This document shows positions 1-9,765 of a stretch of DNA of 64,000 bases, one piece after another. The notes beneath the pieces were generated by a model, which was not told the DNA's origin, ran no database searches, and was given only the letters and a program-made list of their open reading frames with translations. Numbering within the stretch: the first letter of the stretch is position 1; each line of letters begins with the position of its first letter. The stretch covers positions 159,708 through 223,707 of the forward strand of contig LBWX01000002.1 in the NCBI GenBank assembly GCA_000995065.1, given 5' to 3'. The position numbers and the translations under genes were made by a program. The DNA is from a candidate division CPR2 bacterium GW2011_GWC2_39_35. GTDB lineage: Bacteria; Patescibacteriota; CPR2.

Positions 1-1
1 A

Positions 2-400
2 TATATGACGAATACGGTGGCTTTAGCTAATGAGCTTGGACACGTGGACACTATTTTTGGCCGCAAACGCTTTTTGCCGGAGATCAATTCTTCTAATTTT
101 ATGGTTCGCTCTGGAGCAGAGCGTATGGCCATTAACTTTCCGGCACAAGGCACGGCGGCTGATATCATGAAAATTGCCATGACTCAGCTTTATGAGGCAG
201 TTAAAGACAATCCGGATTTCAAGATTTTGCTTCAGGTGCACGACGAATTAGTTTGCGAAGTGCCGGAAAATAAGGTCGCTCACGCCGGCGCGCTCTTAAA
301 AACAGTAATGGAAAGCGTGGTAAAAATTAGCGTCCCCCTAGAGGTCAATGTTTCTTTTGGGAAGAATTGGGGGGAAATGCAGCAAGTATCTGGTATCTAG
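2..400 (+). CDS. polA: DNA polymerase I, C-terminal fragment (5' end lies outside the window)
   Basis: Translation ends ...LLQVHDELVCEVP...VPLEVNVSFGKNWGEMQ, the conserved Pol I family-A C-terminus (QVHDEL motif C). The reading frame is open to the window edge. Confidence 0.85.
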   Translation, partial: YMTNTVALANELGHVDTIFGRKRFLPEINSSNFMVRSGAERMAINFPAQGTAADIMKIAMTQLYEAVKDNPDFKILLQVHDELVCEVPENKVAHAGALLKTVMESVVKISVPLEVNVSFGKNWGEMQQVSGI

Positions 401-506
401 TATCTCGTATCCGGCATTTTCATTACGATCAGATAATAGACCTATTGCTTAATGATTACCCTCTATGTTAAGATCGAATCACTTAAGAATTTAGAGGAGA
501 AGCCTT

Positions 507-1040
507 ATGAAAATATTTAGATGCCGGATTTGCGGCGACACATATCTGGGCCACAAGAAGCCCACAAATTGCCCTTTTTGCGGTGCGAATTTACGTTATC
601 TTGTGCCTGGTTCCCAGTGGGAAGATGAAAATGATGTGGTCTTGTCTACCATTTCTCAAAGGAATCTGGAGGAAGCATTAAAAATCGAGGTTTCCAACGC
701 CGAATTTTATAAATGTGCGGCTGCCCAGTCTAAAGATGTGGAGCTTGCCGGAATGTTTAAGGCGCTTTCCAAGATAGAAGCGGAGCACGCGTCTATACAC
801 GCCAAGCTTTTAAAGATGGATTCTCATGGGGATGTTTACCGTTCCGACGCCTGCAACGGTGACGACGAGAAAAATCTTGAAGAATCCCTCCTTAGGGAAA
901 CTAATGCGGTGGACCGATACACCTTATTTGCTTCTCAATCAGAAGAGCCAAGAGTGAAAGAAGTGTTTGAAGCCTTAGCGGAGATAGAAAAGGACCATAT
1001 TGCGTTGGACCGAATGATGAGTTCGCGGTTTGTCATATAG
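507..1040 (+). CDS. Rubrerythrin-family protein with N-terminal rubredoxin-like zinc ribbon (reverse-rubrerythrin architecture)
   Basis: N-terminal CRICG...CPFCG four-Cys ribbon. It is followed by ferritin-like E...ExxH pairs (EVSNAEFY, EAEHASIH, ETNAVDRY, EIEKDHIAL). Confidence 0.7.
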   Translation: MKIFRCRICGDTYLGHKKPTNCPFCGANLRYLVPGSQWEDENDVVLSTISQRNLEEALKIEVSNAEFYKCAAAQSKDVELAGMFKALSKIEAEHASIHAKLLKMDSHGDVYRSDACNGDDEKNLEESLLRETNAVDRYTLFASQSEEPRVKEVFEALAEIEKDHIALDRMMSSRFVI

Positions 1041-1042
1041 CT

Positions 1043-1291
1043 ATGGGTAAATTTTATATCATCTTCGGATCTTTCTTATTCGTTGTACTAACTGTAAGTC
1101 TATGGCCGATGGCCAAATATGCGATGAATGGCCTGGATTTTTATTTTTTCTTTGTCTTTATTCCCCTCATCCTTCTATCGGTTGCGCTTGTCATAATTGG
1201 TAATTTTTTAAACAGGGCCAGGAAGAAAAAAACTGTAATGTTATCTAACACGAATAACCAAACCGAATCTCCTAGTCCCAATAAAGCTTAG
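1043..1291 (+). CDS. Small two-TM membrane protein, unknown function
   Basis: 82 aa with two hydrophobic helices and a basic loop (RARKKK). Starts 3 nt after the rubrerythrin stop. Confidence 0.4.
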   Translation: MGKFYIIFGSFLFVVLTVSLWPMAKYAMNGLDFYFFFVFIPLILLSVALVIIGNFLNRARKKKTVMLSNTNNQTESPSPNKA

Positions 1292-1350
1292 AGCTTGTTC
1301 AAATCTCACTGTTATAATTAGGGAAAACAGGCTCTTGGTATTTTAATCCC

Positions 1351-1396
1351 TTGATTATAATTTCCGTCTGCCTATAATAGTGTATATAGTACACTA
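1351..1396 (+). promoter_or_regulatory. Sigma70-like promoter (TTGATT-16-TATAAT) with overlapping 19-bp palindrome TAGTGTAtatagTACACTA, candidate operator
   Basis: TTGATT at 1351-1356, TATAAT at 1373-1378. Perfect 7-bp inverted arms with a 5-bp spacer at 1378-1396. These lie directly upstream of the NrtR-like gene and its GGAGG ribosome-binding site. Confidence 0.35.
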
Positions 1397-1406
1397 AGGA
1401 GGGATT

Positions 1407-2072
1407 ATGGCTTTTATAGAGGAAGAAAGTTACGATCCGGAAATCAATCCGAAATCAGCAGTTGCCGTAGATGTGGTTATTTTTTCGATTTTAGATAATG
1501 ACCTGAGAGTTCTTCTTATCCAGCGAGATTTCTGGCCGTTTAATGGAAATTGGTGTTTGCCGGGAGGATTTGCTGGCCCCAAGGAAACCTTAGAAGAGAC
1601 AGCCAAAAGAGAACTTGCCGAGCAAACAGGGATCAGAAATATTTACCTAGAACAATGTAATGTGATTAGCGACCCCGGCCGTGATCCTCGCACAAGAGTT
1701 ATTTCGGTATCCTTTATGGCAGTGGTGGCAGCGAAGGATTATAATTTACCGGATGTGGGCGAGAAGACTCGATTGGAATGGTACCCTTTTAATAATCTAC
1801 CTCCACTTATTTTTGATCATGCGCAGATTATTCAGGGGGCATATATCCAATTGAGGCAGCGTCTTAAGTATTCAAATATCGCTTGGCGTCTTTTACCTCG
1901 CGAGTTTACTTTATCACAACTTCAAAATACATACGAAATCATCTCGGCCAGAGAACTTGATAAAAGAAACTTCAGGAAGAAAGTTCTGGGCTTCGAGCTA
2001 GTGGTGTCGGCAGATAGAATGGAATCGGGGGTTCAGCATCGTCCCGCCCAGCTATATCGGTTTAAAAAATAG
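1407..2072 (+). CDS. NUDIX hydrolase fused to a C-terminal winged-helix domain (NrtR-like Nudix-related transcriptional regulator)
   Basis: Nudix box GGFAGPKETLEETAKRELAEQTGI. The C-terminal ~90 aa (FTLSQLQNTYEII...LDKRNFRKKV) resembles the NrtR DNA-binding domain. Confidence 0.6.
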   Translation: MAFIEEESYDPEINPKSAVAVDVVIFSILDNDLRVLLIQRDFWPFNGNWCLPGGFAGPKETLEETAKRELAEQTGIRNIYLEQCNVISDPGRDPRTRVISVSFMAVVAAKDYNLPDVGEKTRLEWYPFNNLPPLIFDHAQIIQGAYIQLRQRLKYSNIAWRLLPREFTLSQLQNTYEIISARELDKRNFRKKVLGFELVVSADRMESGVQHRPAQLYRFKK

Positions 2073-2118
2073 ATTAAAAATGATAATATATTATTAAAGT
2101 AACAAGCGAGGGTAATAT

Positions 2119-2907
2119 ATGTCAGCTAACGTTTTAGCAATTGATATTGACGGTATGAACATTGTTTACGGTATCGTCTCGCCAGATGGCAAGGTTTTAG
2201 AAGAAGATGTATTGCGGCTAGAAAACGGAGAAGCGTCGGAAGTTGTAAGACAAGTCAAATTTCTAATCAAATCTTATAAACCAAAGGTGGAAGCAGTTGG
2301 TATCGGTTTCCCGGGGATTGTAAATCCGGATAGCGGGGAAATAATCTTTGACGAGCGTTCTCAAAAATACGAGGTCGATTGGGATGAAGACATCCCGATT
2401 GCTATTGATAATGACGCTAATTTAGCAGCCTTAGCTGAGGCTTGGGTGGGCGAGACCCAAGATGTGAGCAATTTTATTTTCATTGTCCTTGGTGAGAGCA
2501 TCGATTCGGGCATTTTTTTGGAGGGGCATTTGTATCGAGGCAGTCACTATTCTTCCGGAGAAATAAGCGAAGTGATTACTTCAAATAAGAGTCTGGATTG
2601 TATCTCGGGACATAATTTTCCCGGTGAATTTTCGGAGTCCGACAAGAGTACTTTAAGTTTTGTTTGTGAGCAGCTATCCCAAGGGATCCAGTCGATTGCG
2701 GCTGTTGTTGACCCAACAGTGATAATTATTGGTGGAAGCAGGGGAATTAAAATTTGGCCCCTAATGGAAGATGAATTAAAAGAAAAAATCAAACATCTCA
2801 ATATCTTAGTCCAACCTTCAGCTCTGGGCCCTAGAGCCAGCCTCATCGGCGCCGCTAAAATGGCACTTGACGAAGTAGGGAAAAAGTCCGCTAAATCAGC
2901 TCAATAA
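2119..2907 (+). CDS. ROK-family sugar kinase / transcriptional-regulator-like protein (zinc motif degenerate)
   Basis: ROK/ASKHA signature motifs LAIDIDG, GIGFPG, DNDANLAALAEAW and IIIGGS are present. The canonical CxCGxxGC zinc motif is not intact. Confidence 0.65.
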   Translation: MSANVLAIDIDGMNIVYGIVSPDGKVLEEDVLRLENGEASEVVRQVKFLIKSYKPKVEAVGIGFPGIVNPDSGEIIFDERSQKYEVDWDEDIPIAIDNDANLAALAEAWVGETQDVSNFIFIVLGESIDSGIFLEGHLYRGSHYSSGEISEVITSNKSLDCISGHNFPGEFSESDKSTLSFVCEQLSQGIQSIAAVVDPTVIIIGGSRGIKIWPLMEDELKEKIKHLNILVQPSALGPRASLIGAAKMALDEVGKKSAKSAQ

Positions 2908-3028
2908 AATCAGATGTCGGTTCCCCGATATTTAATAAGTAAGTGTAAGAATGTCTCAGACATCGAATATAAGTTGTAAGCTGTTCTTTTTTCTTGTAAG
3001 ATGTCTGTAAATAACGAGAGGACTACTT

Positions 3029-3604
3029 ATGTCCCATGATTCTAGAAAAATAGCCATGGTGGTGGCTCATAGTGGTTTCGGAGATGAAGAATTTCTTATA
3101 CCTAAGGGGATTTTTGAAAGTGTTGGCCTCAGGGTGATAGCGGCTTCCAATGATCATGGCGAAGCAGTGGGAAAATACGGTGCCGTCGTCCAAGTTGACA
3201 CTATTGCTTCACATCTTCATCCCCACGATTATTTGGCTATTGTATTGGTAGGAGGGCCGGGTGTAGCCGTGTTTTATAATGACGGCGGACTTTTTAGGAT
3301 TCTCCAAGATTTTATGCTGCAGCGCAAAGTAGTTGCCGCAATTTGCTCGGCTCCCGTTGTCCTTGCAAATGCCGGACTTGTTGCCGATCGAAAGGTTACA
3401 GTTTTTGCCGATGATAAAGATAGCGTGGAAGCGGGTGGCGCTTATTATACTGGACGAACTGTGGAGGTAGACGGTCAAATTGTAACAGCTAATGGTCCTG
3501 GAGCGGCCAAAGAATTTGCCGAAGAAATTCTAAAAGCAATAGATTGGCAAAGAAAAGGTCATGAAATAAGATCATCTTTAAGGCAGCAGAGGAAGAGGTT
3601 TTAG
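3029..3604 (+). CDS. DJ-1/PfpI family protein
   Basis: Nucleophile-elbow motif AAICSAPVVLANAGL. Length (~190 aa) and overall pattern fit the DJ-1/PfpI class I glutamine amidotransferase-like fold. Confidence 0.7.
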   Translation: MSHDSRKIAMVVAHSGFGDEEFLIPKGIFESVGLRVIAASNDHGEAVGKYGAVVQVDTIASHLHPHDYLAIVLVGGPGVAVFYNDGGLFRILQDFMLQRKVVAAICSAPVVLANAGLVADRKVTVFADDKDSVEAGGAYYTGRTVEVDGQIVTANGPGAAKEFAEEILKAIDWQRKGHEIRSSLRQQRKRF

Positions 3605-4477
3605 ATGCCGGAATTACCGGAAGTCGAAACGATTGTAAGAGGGCTTGACAAAGAGATAGTAGGTCATCAGATCTTAGGTGTAGAAACGGATACGCCTAAT
3701 CTTTTTAAGGGACCGAATTTAGAGATCTTTGAGGATAAGATTAAAGGCGAAACTATAGTTAAAGTTTCCAGAAGAGCAAAAAATATTCTAATTTCTTTAT
3801 CTGGCGGCAAAACGCTCCTTATCCATCTTAAGATGACAGGACATATCTTGGTAACCAGCGACGATATTCAGGTAAAAAATGGGAAATGGCTTGTAGACCC
3901 CAAGAGTCCCTTAGCTGACCCTCAAAATCAGTTTATTCATGTTGTCTGGCACTTATCCGGAAATAAAAAAATGGCTTTATCGGACCTTAGAAAATTTGCC
4001 AATGTGCTCTTAAAAAGCGAGGATGAGCTTACGGATTGCTTAGGGGACTACGGCCCGGAACCGTTAGGCTTAGATTTTACCTTCGAAAAGTTTTATGAGA
4101 ACATTGCTAAGAAAAAACAACCCATAAAAAAAGTACTTTTAGACCAAACTGTGGTTTCGGGAGTCGGCAACATTTATGCCGATGAAATTCTTTACGAGGC
4201 TAGGGTAAATCCCACCAGGCTCGTGTCGACCCTATCCAAAAAAGAAATAGAGGCAATTTATGAAAACATAAAATCAGTGCTTAAGAAGGCAGTAGACCTA
4301 AGAGGCACCAGCGTTTCGGATTATAGAGACATAAGGGGCGAAAAAGGCGGTTATGGCCCGGTGCGAAAAGTTTACAGAAGAACCGGGGAACCGTGCCCCT
4401 CAGAATGCGGAGGCAAAGTCGAAAGAATAACTCTGGGCGGAAGAGGAACTCATTTTTGTCCCAATTGTCAGAAGTAA
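3605..4477 (+). CDS. mutM: Formamidopyrimidine-DNA glycosylase (Fpg/MutM)
   Basis: N-terminus MPELPEVETIVRGL with catalytic Pro2/Glu3. C-terminal zinc finger CPSECGG...CPNCQK. Start codon overlaps the upstream stop. Confidence 0.85.
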   Translation: MPELPEVETIVRGLDKEIVGHQILGVETDTPNLFKGPNLEIFEDKIKGETIVKVSRRAKNILISLSGGKTLLIHLKMTGHILVTSDDIQVKNGKWLVDPKSPLADPQNQFIHVVWHLSGNKKMALSDLRKFANVLLKSEDELTDCLGDYGPEPLGLDFTFEKFYENIAKKKQPIKKVLLDQTVVSGVGNIYADEILYEARVNPTRLVSTLSKKEIEAIYENIKSVLKKAVDLRGTSVSDYRDIRGEKGGYGPVRKVYRRTGEPCPSECGGKVERITLGGRGTHFCPNCQK

Positions 4478-4481
4478 AATT

Positions 4482-5417
4482 ATGAAAAATGTGCTTATTT
4501 TTTATGGCGAAGAACGATACCTAAGCTTAAATAAGTTAAACCAGCTTTCAAGCGAGTATCAGAAAAAACTAGGGGAATACAACCTTGTTATTTATGATGG
4601 CGATGTTTCGCCTGCAACGGTGATTCAGGAAGCTAGGGCGCTGCCTTTTTTGGCGCCTAAGAGGTTAATTGTTGTAAAAAACTTCTTTGAGATGCAAAAA
4701 GCTAAAGAACAGGAAATCCTAGTTAATTTCTTAAAGGAATGTCCGGAAACAACTGTGGTTGCTCTCTGGGAGAAGAAAGTACCGACTGGTAAGAATTTTA
4801 ACGAATTAACTAAGTCTGCAAACTGTAAGGCTGAAGAATTTGGGGCGCTAGCCGGAGACAACCTTATTAAATGGATTCAAAATGAAGTAAAAGTGCGGGG
4901 GGGAAATATCGCGAATCAAGCAGCTCAGTTTTTGGTTGGGGAAGTGGGAGATCAACTTTTTCAGTTAGAAAATGAGATCTCTAAGCTTGTAAGTTTTGAT
5001 AAGGAAGTAACTGTCGACAATATAAAAAAGCTGGTTAAGGCCAATCTATTTTCGAATGTTTTTATGATGGTAGATGCTTTTGGCAGTAGGAATACCAACA
5101 AAGCTTTAAAGGAAATGCATAACCTAATCGATTCCGGCGAGAATGAACTTTATCTATTGAGTATGATTGTCAGGCAGTTTAGAAACCTCATTATGGTAAA
5201 GGACTTGGCAAGTAGGGGCCTAAAGGAAGCCGAGATTGCTAAAGAGTTAAAACTTCATCCTTTCGTTGTAAAAAAGACTCTAAGCCAGGCCTCATCTTTT
5301 TCTTTCTCCGATCTTAAAGAAATCTATGGCAAACTGCTGGATTCAGAAATGAAGATCAAAACAGGCAGCTCTCCTCAATTTGTTCTAGACATGTTGGCTG
5401 TAGAGGTGAGGCGATAA
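4482..5417 (+). CDS. holA: DNA polymerase III delta subunit
   Basis: N-terminal ...LIFYGEERYL... and overall ~310 aa helical clamp-loader delta pattern. Follows mutM with a 4-nt gap. Confidence 0.65.
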   Translation: MKNVLIFYGEERYLSLNKLNQLSSEYQKKLGEYNLVIYDGDVSPATVIQEARALPFLAPKRLIVVKNFFEMQKAKEQEILVNFLKECPETTVVALWEKKVPTGKNFNELTKSANCKAEEFGALAGDNLIKWIQNEVKVRGGNIANQAAQFLVGEVGDQLFQLENEISKLVSFDKEVTVDNIKKLVKANLFSNVFMMVDAFGSRNTNKALKEMHNLIDSGENELYLLSMIVRQFRNLIMVKDLASRGLKEAEIAKELKLHPFVVKKTLSQASSFSFSDLKEIYGKLLDSEMKIKTGSSPQFVLDMLAVEVRR

Positions 5418-5435
5418 GATAATATCAATATCAAA

Positions 5436-5461
5436 AAACGGCCGATTAGGCCGCTTTTTTA
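5436..5461. terminator. Bidirectional rho-independent terminator between holA (+) and rpsT (-)
   Basis: aaaaaaCGGCCgattaGGCCGctttttt: a GC stem flanked by A-run and T-run on opposite sides, between convergent genes. Confidence 0.5.
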
Positions 5462-5769
5462 GTAGTTTTAGCTTTTGGCTTCTTAGTAACTTTCTTTTCC
5501 TTAACCGGCGCTCCCAGAGCAATTAGTTGTGCGAGTCTGGATTTCTTTCTTGATGCTGCATTTTGATGAATAACACCTTTTTTAGCTGCTTTATCTAGAG
5601 CCGAATAGGCTGCTTGCATCTCGTTCTCGGCGCTTTTTAAATCTCCCGCCTGAACAGCCTCTCTTGCTGCTTTAATCTTAGACCGGAAAGAAACTTTAAT
5701 AGTTTTATTTCTTAGTCTTCGGACTTCGTCTTGTCTTGCTTTTTTGATTGCTGATTTCGTGATTGGCAT
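5446..5769 (-). CDS. rpsT: 30S ribosomal protein S20
   Basis: MPITKSAIKKARQDEVRRLRNKTIKVSFRSKIK... is the canonical S20 N-terminus. The gene has a Lys/Ala-rich C-terminal extension. Confidence 0.85.
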   Translation of the reverse strand: MPITKSAIKKARQDEVRRLRNKTIKVSFRSKIKAAREAVQAGDLKSAENEMQAAYSALDKAAKKGVIHQNAASRKKSRLAQLIALGAPVKEKKVTKKPKAKTTKKAA

Positions 5770-5949
5770 CTATAGCTTCCCTTTAAATAACAGTAGAATT
5801 ATAGCATGAGCCGATAGATTTGTAAATAAATTTGTTTATTTCTCGTCTATTTTCTTCTTGACTCAGTTCAAATTTTTAAATATAATAAGCTGTCATTAAT
5901 TAATCGCCCTGTTCTTTTAATTGGACGGGAAGGAAAGGAAAAGCCAAAG

Positions 5950-7353
5950 TTGGAACAATCACCGAAACAGCAAATCACAGAACTTCTTAAAAAAAGCCAG
6001 AATATTCTTGTCGTCGGTTGCTCCGGACCAACGGGTGATTCTATTGGATCCATTCTTGCCCTAGCAAGTGTCCTAAAAAAACTAGGAAAAGAGGCAACAG
6101 CAATCGTTTCCGATCCCTATCCCGAAAATCTAAATTTCTTGCCCTTTAAAGATATCATTTCTAACTCCGCAAACTTTTCGGGTGATTTTGTGATTTCGGT
6201 AAATGTTAAAGATAAAGGTATCGAGAAGCTTAGCTACAATAAGGAGGGTGATTTATTAAATATTATTCTTACTCCAAAGGGTGGCAAGCTTCAGCCCCAA
6301 AACGTCTCTTTTAAGGAAGCAGCCAATTTTGATCTCATCGTGATTTTGGATACTTCCGATATTGATAAAGTAGATCGAATTTATGACCGTAATACTGATC
6401 TATTTTTTAAGGTCCCTGTTATAAACATCGACCATCATGCCGGCAACGAAAACTTCGGCGTCGTGAATCTGGTTGACCTGACGGCTACTTCCACGGCAGA
6501 GATCCTAACTGCTCTAATTGATGGCTTAGGAAGCAACCTTTTAGACTCAGAAATTGCGACTTGCTTGCTCACCGGGATTATCGATGACACCGCCAGTTAT
6601 AAAAATGTAAATACGACTCCTAAATCTTTTACGGTATCGGCGCAGCTTTTGGCTGCAGGAGCAAGGCAGCAGGAGATCGTCGATAATCTTTTTAAGTCAA
6701 GATCTTTAAATACCTTAAAGCTTTGGGGTAAAGTCCTAGATGGTCTAAAGCTAAATGAAAATTGTATTTGGGCCACTTTAAATAACAAAGAGTTTATGCA
6801 AGTTTCGGCCAATATCGAAGACATTTATGGTGTTATAAACGAACTCTTAGCTACCGTTCCGGAAGCTAATACGGTTATTATTTTTGTAGAGGAGGTTGCC
6901 GGCGAGACTCGAATCATCATAAGGAGCAAGAAGGATGGCAATGCTTCTGAGATGTCCAAAGTGTTTGGGGTGATGGGTAGCAAAACGGAGGCCGTCTTAC
7001 AGCTCATGGGAAATCCCGAGGATATCGCGAGTAAGTTTTTTGATCGCATAAAGAACCGTAAGATTGCCGAAACTAATGCAGCTCCAAAAAACGAGATATT
7101 GGAAAATGATGAAGTAATAATTGAAGATCAAAAGACAGAAATGGTGGCGAAAGTTAAGAAAGAAGAAAAGGTGGATAAGGAGAAGACAGAAAAAGTAAAA
7201 GAAGTGGATGCAAGTAAAAAATCTAAAGTGAAATCAAAAAATATCTTTGCCGATGATGAGGAAGAAGATGAAGAGAATGAGAATAGCGGCCTCGTCGAAA
7301 TCCCCCCTCTAGCTAAAAGCGACTCTCCTGACATTGGAGTCTGGAGACCATAG
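5950..7353 (+). CDS. nrnA: DHH/DHHA1 phosphoesterase (NrnA-like oligoribonuclease/pAp phosphatase) with acidic low-complexity C-terminal tail
   Basis: DHH motif NIDHHAGNENFG and upstream Asp-rich motifs (ILDTSD). C-terminal 90 aa are K/E/D-rich low complexity. Confidence 0.7.
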   Translation: MEQSPKQQITELLKKSQNILVVGCSGPTGDSIGSILALASVLKKLGKEATAIVSDPYPENLNFLPFKDIISNSANFSGDFVISVNVKDKGIEKLSYNKEGDLLNIILTPKGGKLQPQNVSFKEAANFDLIVILDTSDIDKVDRIYDRNTDLFFKVPVINIDHHAGNENFGVVNLVDLTATSTAEILTALIDGLGSNLLDSEIATCLLTGIIDDTASYKNVNTTPKSFTVSAQLLAAGARQQEIVDNLFKSRSLNTLKLWGKVLDGLKLNENCIWATLNNKEFMQVSANIEDIYGVINELLATVPEANTVIIFVEEVAGETRIIIRSKKDGNASEMSKVFGVMGSKTEAVLQLMGNPEDIASKFFDRIKNRKIAETNAAPKNEILENDEVIIEDQKTEMVAKVKKEEKVDKEKTEKVKEVDASKKSKVKSKNIFADDEEEDEENENSGLVEIPPLAKSDSPDIGVWRP

Positions 7354-7453
7354 ATCAGCATTAAGTATTAGGAATAAAGTATATCGTATCTTCCAAAACA
7401 ATTTTCTAAAACAGCTTAATACTTAATACCTTATACCTTATACTAGTAATCAG

Positions 7454-8110
7454 ATGAACCCACTTAATAAACATAATAAAGGCATTCTGTTCATCGATAA
7501 ACCTTCCGGTCGATCATCTTTTAGTATTGTGGCTGAGGTTAGACGCAAGCTTGATATTAAAAAAGTCGGTCATGCTGGCACTTTGGATCCTTTTGCTACC
7601 GGACTTTTAATTATCTTAGTAGGAAAAGAAAATACCAAAAAAGCCGCCGCGTTTTTAGGTAAGAATAAAACATACGAAGCCACAATTGATTTATCAAGCA
7701 CAAGTACTACCGGGGATCCGGAAGGCGAGATCGTAAAAGTTAGTTGCCAACCTCCAAGCCAAGAGGAAATTGTAAACGTCCTAAAGCAGTTTGAGGGAGA
7801 ACAGCTTCAAAAGCCGCATATGTTTTCGGCGGTTAAGATAAAAGGAGAGCGAGCCTATAAACTGGCTCGGGAAGGAAAACAGCCGGAAATCGAACCAAAA
7901 AAGATTATAATTTACAAGCTAGACTTTATATCCTATAATTTCCCATTTTTAAGAATAAAGACAAAAGTATCTTCTGGCACTTATATCCGTGTTCTAGCCG
8001 AGGATATTGGTAAGGCGCTTTATTGTGGCGGCTACCTAACTGAGCTAAGACGGACTTCCATTGGGGAGTTCAAGATCGAAGAGGCAATAAGCCCAGATGA
8101 TATCAAGTAA
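7454..8110 (+). CDS. truB: tRNA pseudouridine(55) synthase
   Basis: GHAGTLDPFATGLLIILVG catalytic Asp motif, and a C-terminal PUA-like segment. Confidence 0.85.
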   Translation: MNPLNKHNKGILFIDKPSGRSSFSIVAEVRRKLDIKKVGHAGTLDPFATGLLIILVGKENTKKAAAFLGKNKTYEATIDLSSTSTTGDPEGEIVKVSCQPPSQEEIVNVLKQFEGEQLQKPHMFSAVKIKGERAYKLAREGKQPEIEPKKIIIYKLDFISYNFPFLRIKTKVSSGTYIRVLAEDIGKALYCGGYLTELRRTSIGEFKIEEAISPDDIK

Positions 8111-8373
8111 CTCGCTCTAATATTTCCCTTAAGTCTTGTAAATGAGAAGAGGGCAAACCATGATATCCAATGAGATATGTGGTCACCTAGTTAGTGTAAA
8201 ATTTACAATAACTAAAGGCATTTTTAAAGATTGAAAAAAATTATCTTGAATAAATAAGTTTATCAAATTCTTTTTGAGTTTTCTTACCTCAAGCCTAAAC
8301 TGATAAAAAAATTGTCCTGTAAGTTACTCCTCAGTGTGCTATAATTTAAGCAATTTATTTAAAGGAGAAAAAG

Positions 8374-9135
8374 ATGGAAGGAACATTCGTTTTATTAATT
8401 TTTATCGGATTCATCCTTGTTGCTGCTGCAATTAGGATTGTCCAGCAATACGAAAGAGGTGTTATATTTCGTCTGGGGAAAGTAAGAGAAGCTAAAGAGC
8501 CCGGTTTAAGATTTCTCATTCCGATTATTGATAGGATGGTAAAAGTGACCATGCAGATTGTAACTATGCCCGTTCCTTCTCAGAAAATTATTACAAAGGA
8601 TAATGTTTCGATTGATGTGGCAGCAGTAGCTTATTATCACGTGGTTGATCCAATAAAAGCTTTGGTTGCCATTCAAAACGTGGATTCTGCTGTAAATCAG
8701 ATTGCTCAAACGACGGTGAGAAATATTGTAGGCCAATTTGTGCTTGACGAAGTTCTTTCCGGCACAGTAATTATTAATCAAAAGATCAAGGAAATTATTG
8801 ATACTCACACAGAAGCTTGGGGGGTGATGGTGACGACCGTTGAAATTAAAGATATTCAACTCCCCGATTCTATGCAAAGAGCTATGGCCAAACAAGCGGA
8901 AGCCGAAAGAGAAAAGAGGGCTAAAATCATTGCATCCGAAGGCGAACTTCTATCAGCCGATAAGCTCGGTAAAGCCGCTGATATTATGGCCGCTCACCCG
9001 GTGGCACTTCAGCTAAGGAATTTGCAAGTTCTTTCCGAAATAGCAGTCGAGAAAAACTCGACCATTATTTTTCCAAACCAATTCATGTCGACTGTTAGCG
9101 ACATTAAGAAATTCTTCAGCGGAGAAAAGTTCTAA
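8374..9135 (+). CDS. SPFH/Band-7 (stomatin-like) membrane protein
   Basis: N-terminal TM helix then [17 protein letters not shown]... and [28 protein letters not shown], a typical stomatin/prohibitin core. C-terminal coiled-coil [12 protein letters not shown]. Confidence 0.8.
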   Translation: MEGTFVLLIFIGFILVAAAIRIVQQYERGVIFRLGKVREAKEPGLRFLIPIIDRMVKVTMQIVTMPVPSQKIITKDNVSIDVAAVAYYHVVDPIKALVAIQNVDSAVNQIAQTTVRNIVGQFVLDEVLSGTVIINQKIKEIIDTHTEAWGVMVTTVEIKDIQLPDSMQRAMAKQAEAEREKRAKIIASEGELLSADKLGKAADIMAAHPVALQLRNLQVLSEIAVEKNSTIIFPNQFMSTVSDIKKFFSGEKF

Positions 9136-9136
9136 G

Positions 9137-9757
9137 ATGGATAACCTGTTTAGAGTTTCGGTAAAAGGAGTTTTAAAAGTTAACCATAAATACCTTCTTC
9201 GAAAAAACGAGCGGGACGAATGGGAACTTATTGGCGGTAAATTAGAAACGGGAGATAAATCCATAAAAAGCCGTTTAAAGACGGAATTTAGGGAAGAGGC
9301 AGGACTAAGAGTAAAAGTTGACGGGCATTTAGAGCCTTGGGTTTATAAAATTGGTGATAGACGCATTCTTATTTTGCCTTATATTACAGAAATTATGTCC
9401 TCGAGAAAGAAGAAGTCGCTTCAAAATGAGGAGCTCGGCTGGTTTATAAATAAAGAGCTGGATAGTCTTAATCTGCCAGACGGATACATGCATTCCATTA
9501 GGCAAACAGTGCCTTTTGGAAGTTACTCTTATTTAAAAGGTGGTGAGGCCGGATTTCCCGATTCGATGTTTAAGGTTTATGTTGTTATAAAAGATATCAA
9601 TCGAAAAACGAGGGTATTGCTTGAGAACCATCAGAATCCGAGAGAAATTGCTGAGGGAGTGATCCGAGAAAAATCTCTTAGCGGCGTTAAACTTATCTCT
9701 GAGCCCTCAACTCGTTATAAAAATAATATCTTTATTAATTACCGAATTTTTAGGTAA
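9137..9757 (+). CDS. NUDIX-domain protein with ~90-aa C-terminal extension
   Basis: Nudix-box-like GGKLETGDKSIKSRLKTEFREEAGL. The stop of the SPFH gene overlaps this gene's start. Confidence 0.55.
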   Translation: MDNLFRVSVKGVLKVNHKYLLRKNERDEWELIGGKLETGDKSIKSRLKTEFREEAGLRVKVDGHLEPWVYKIGDRRILILPYITEIMSSRKKKSLQNEELGWFINKELDSLNLPDGYMHSIRQTVPFGSYSYLKGGEAGFPDSMFKVYVVIKDINRKTRVLLENHQNPREIAEGVIREKSLSGVKLISEPSTRYKNNIFINYRIFR

Positions 9758-9765
9758 GACTAGAC

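Noticed and set aside
2547-2846. Antisense ORFs of 60-130 aa embedded in larger genes (e.g. 2547..2846-, 3209..3478-, 8506..8895-, 20537..21164+, 39699..40280+, 56984..57580-)
   Set aside because: Each lies entirely within, and antisense to, a well-supported conserved gene. Their translations are low-complexity and lack any motif. They are treated as shadow ORFs.
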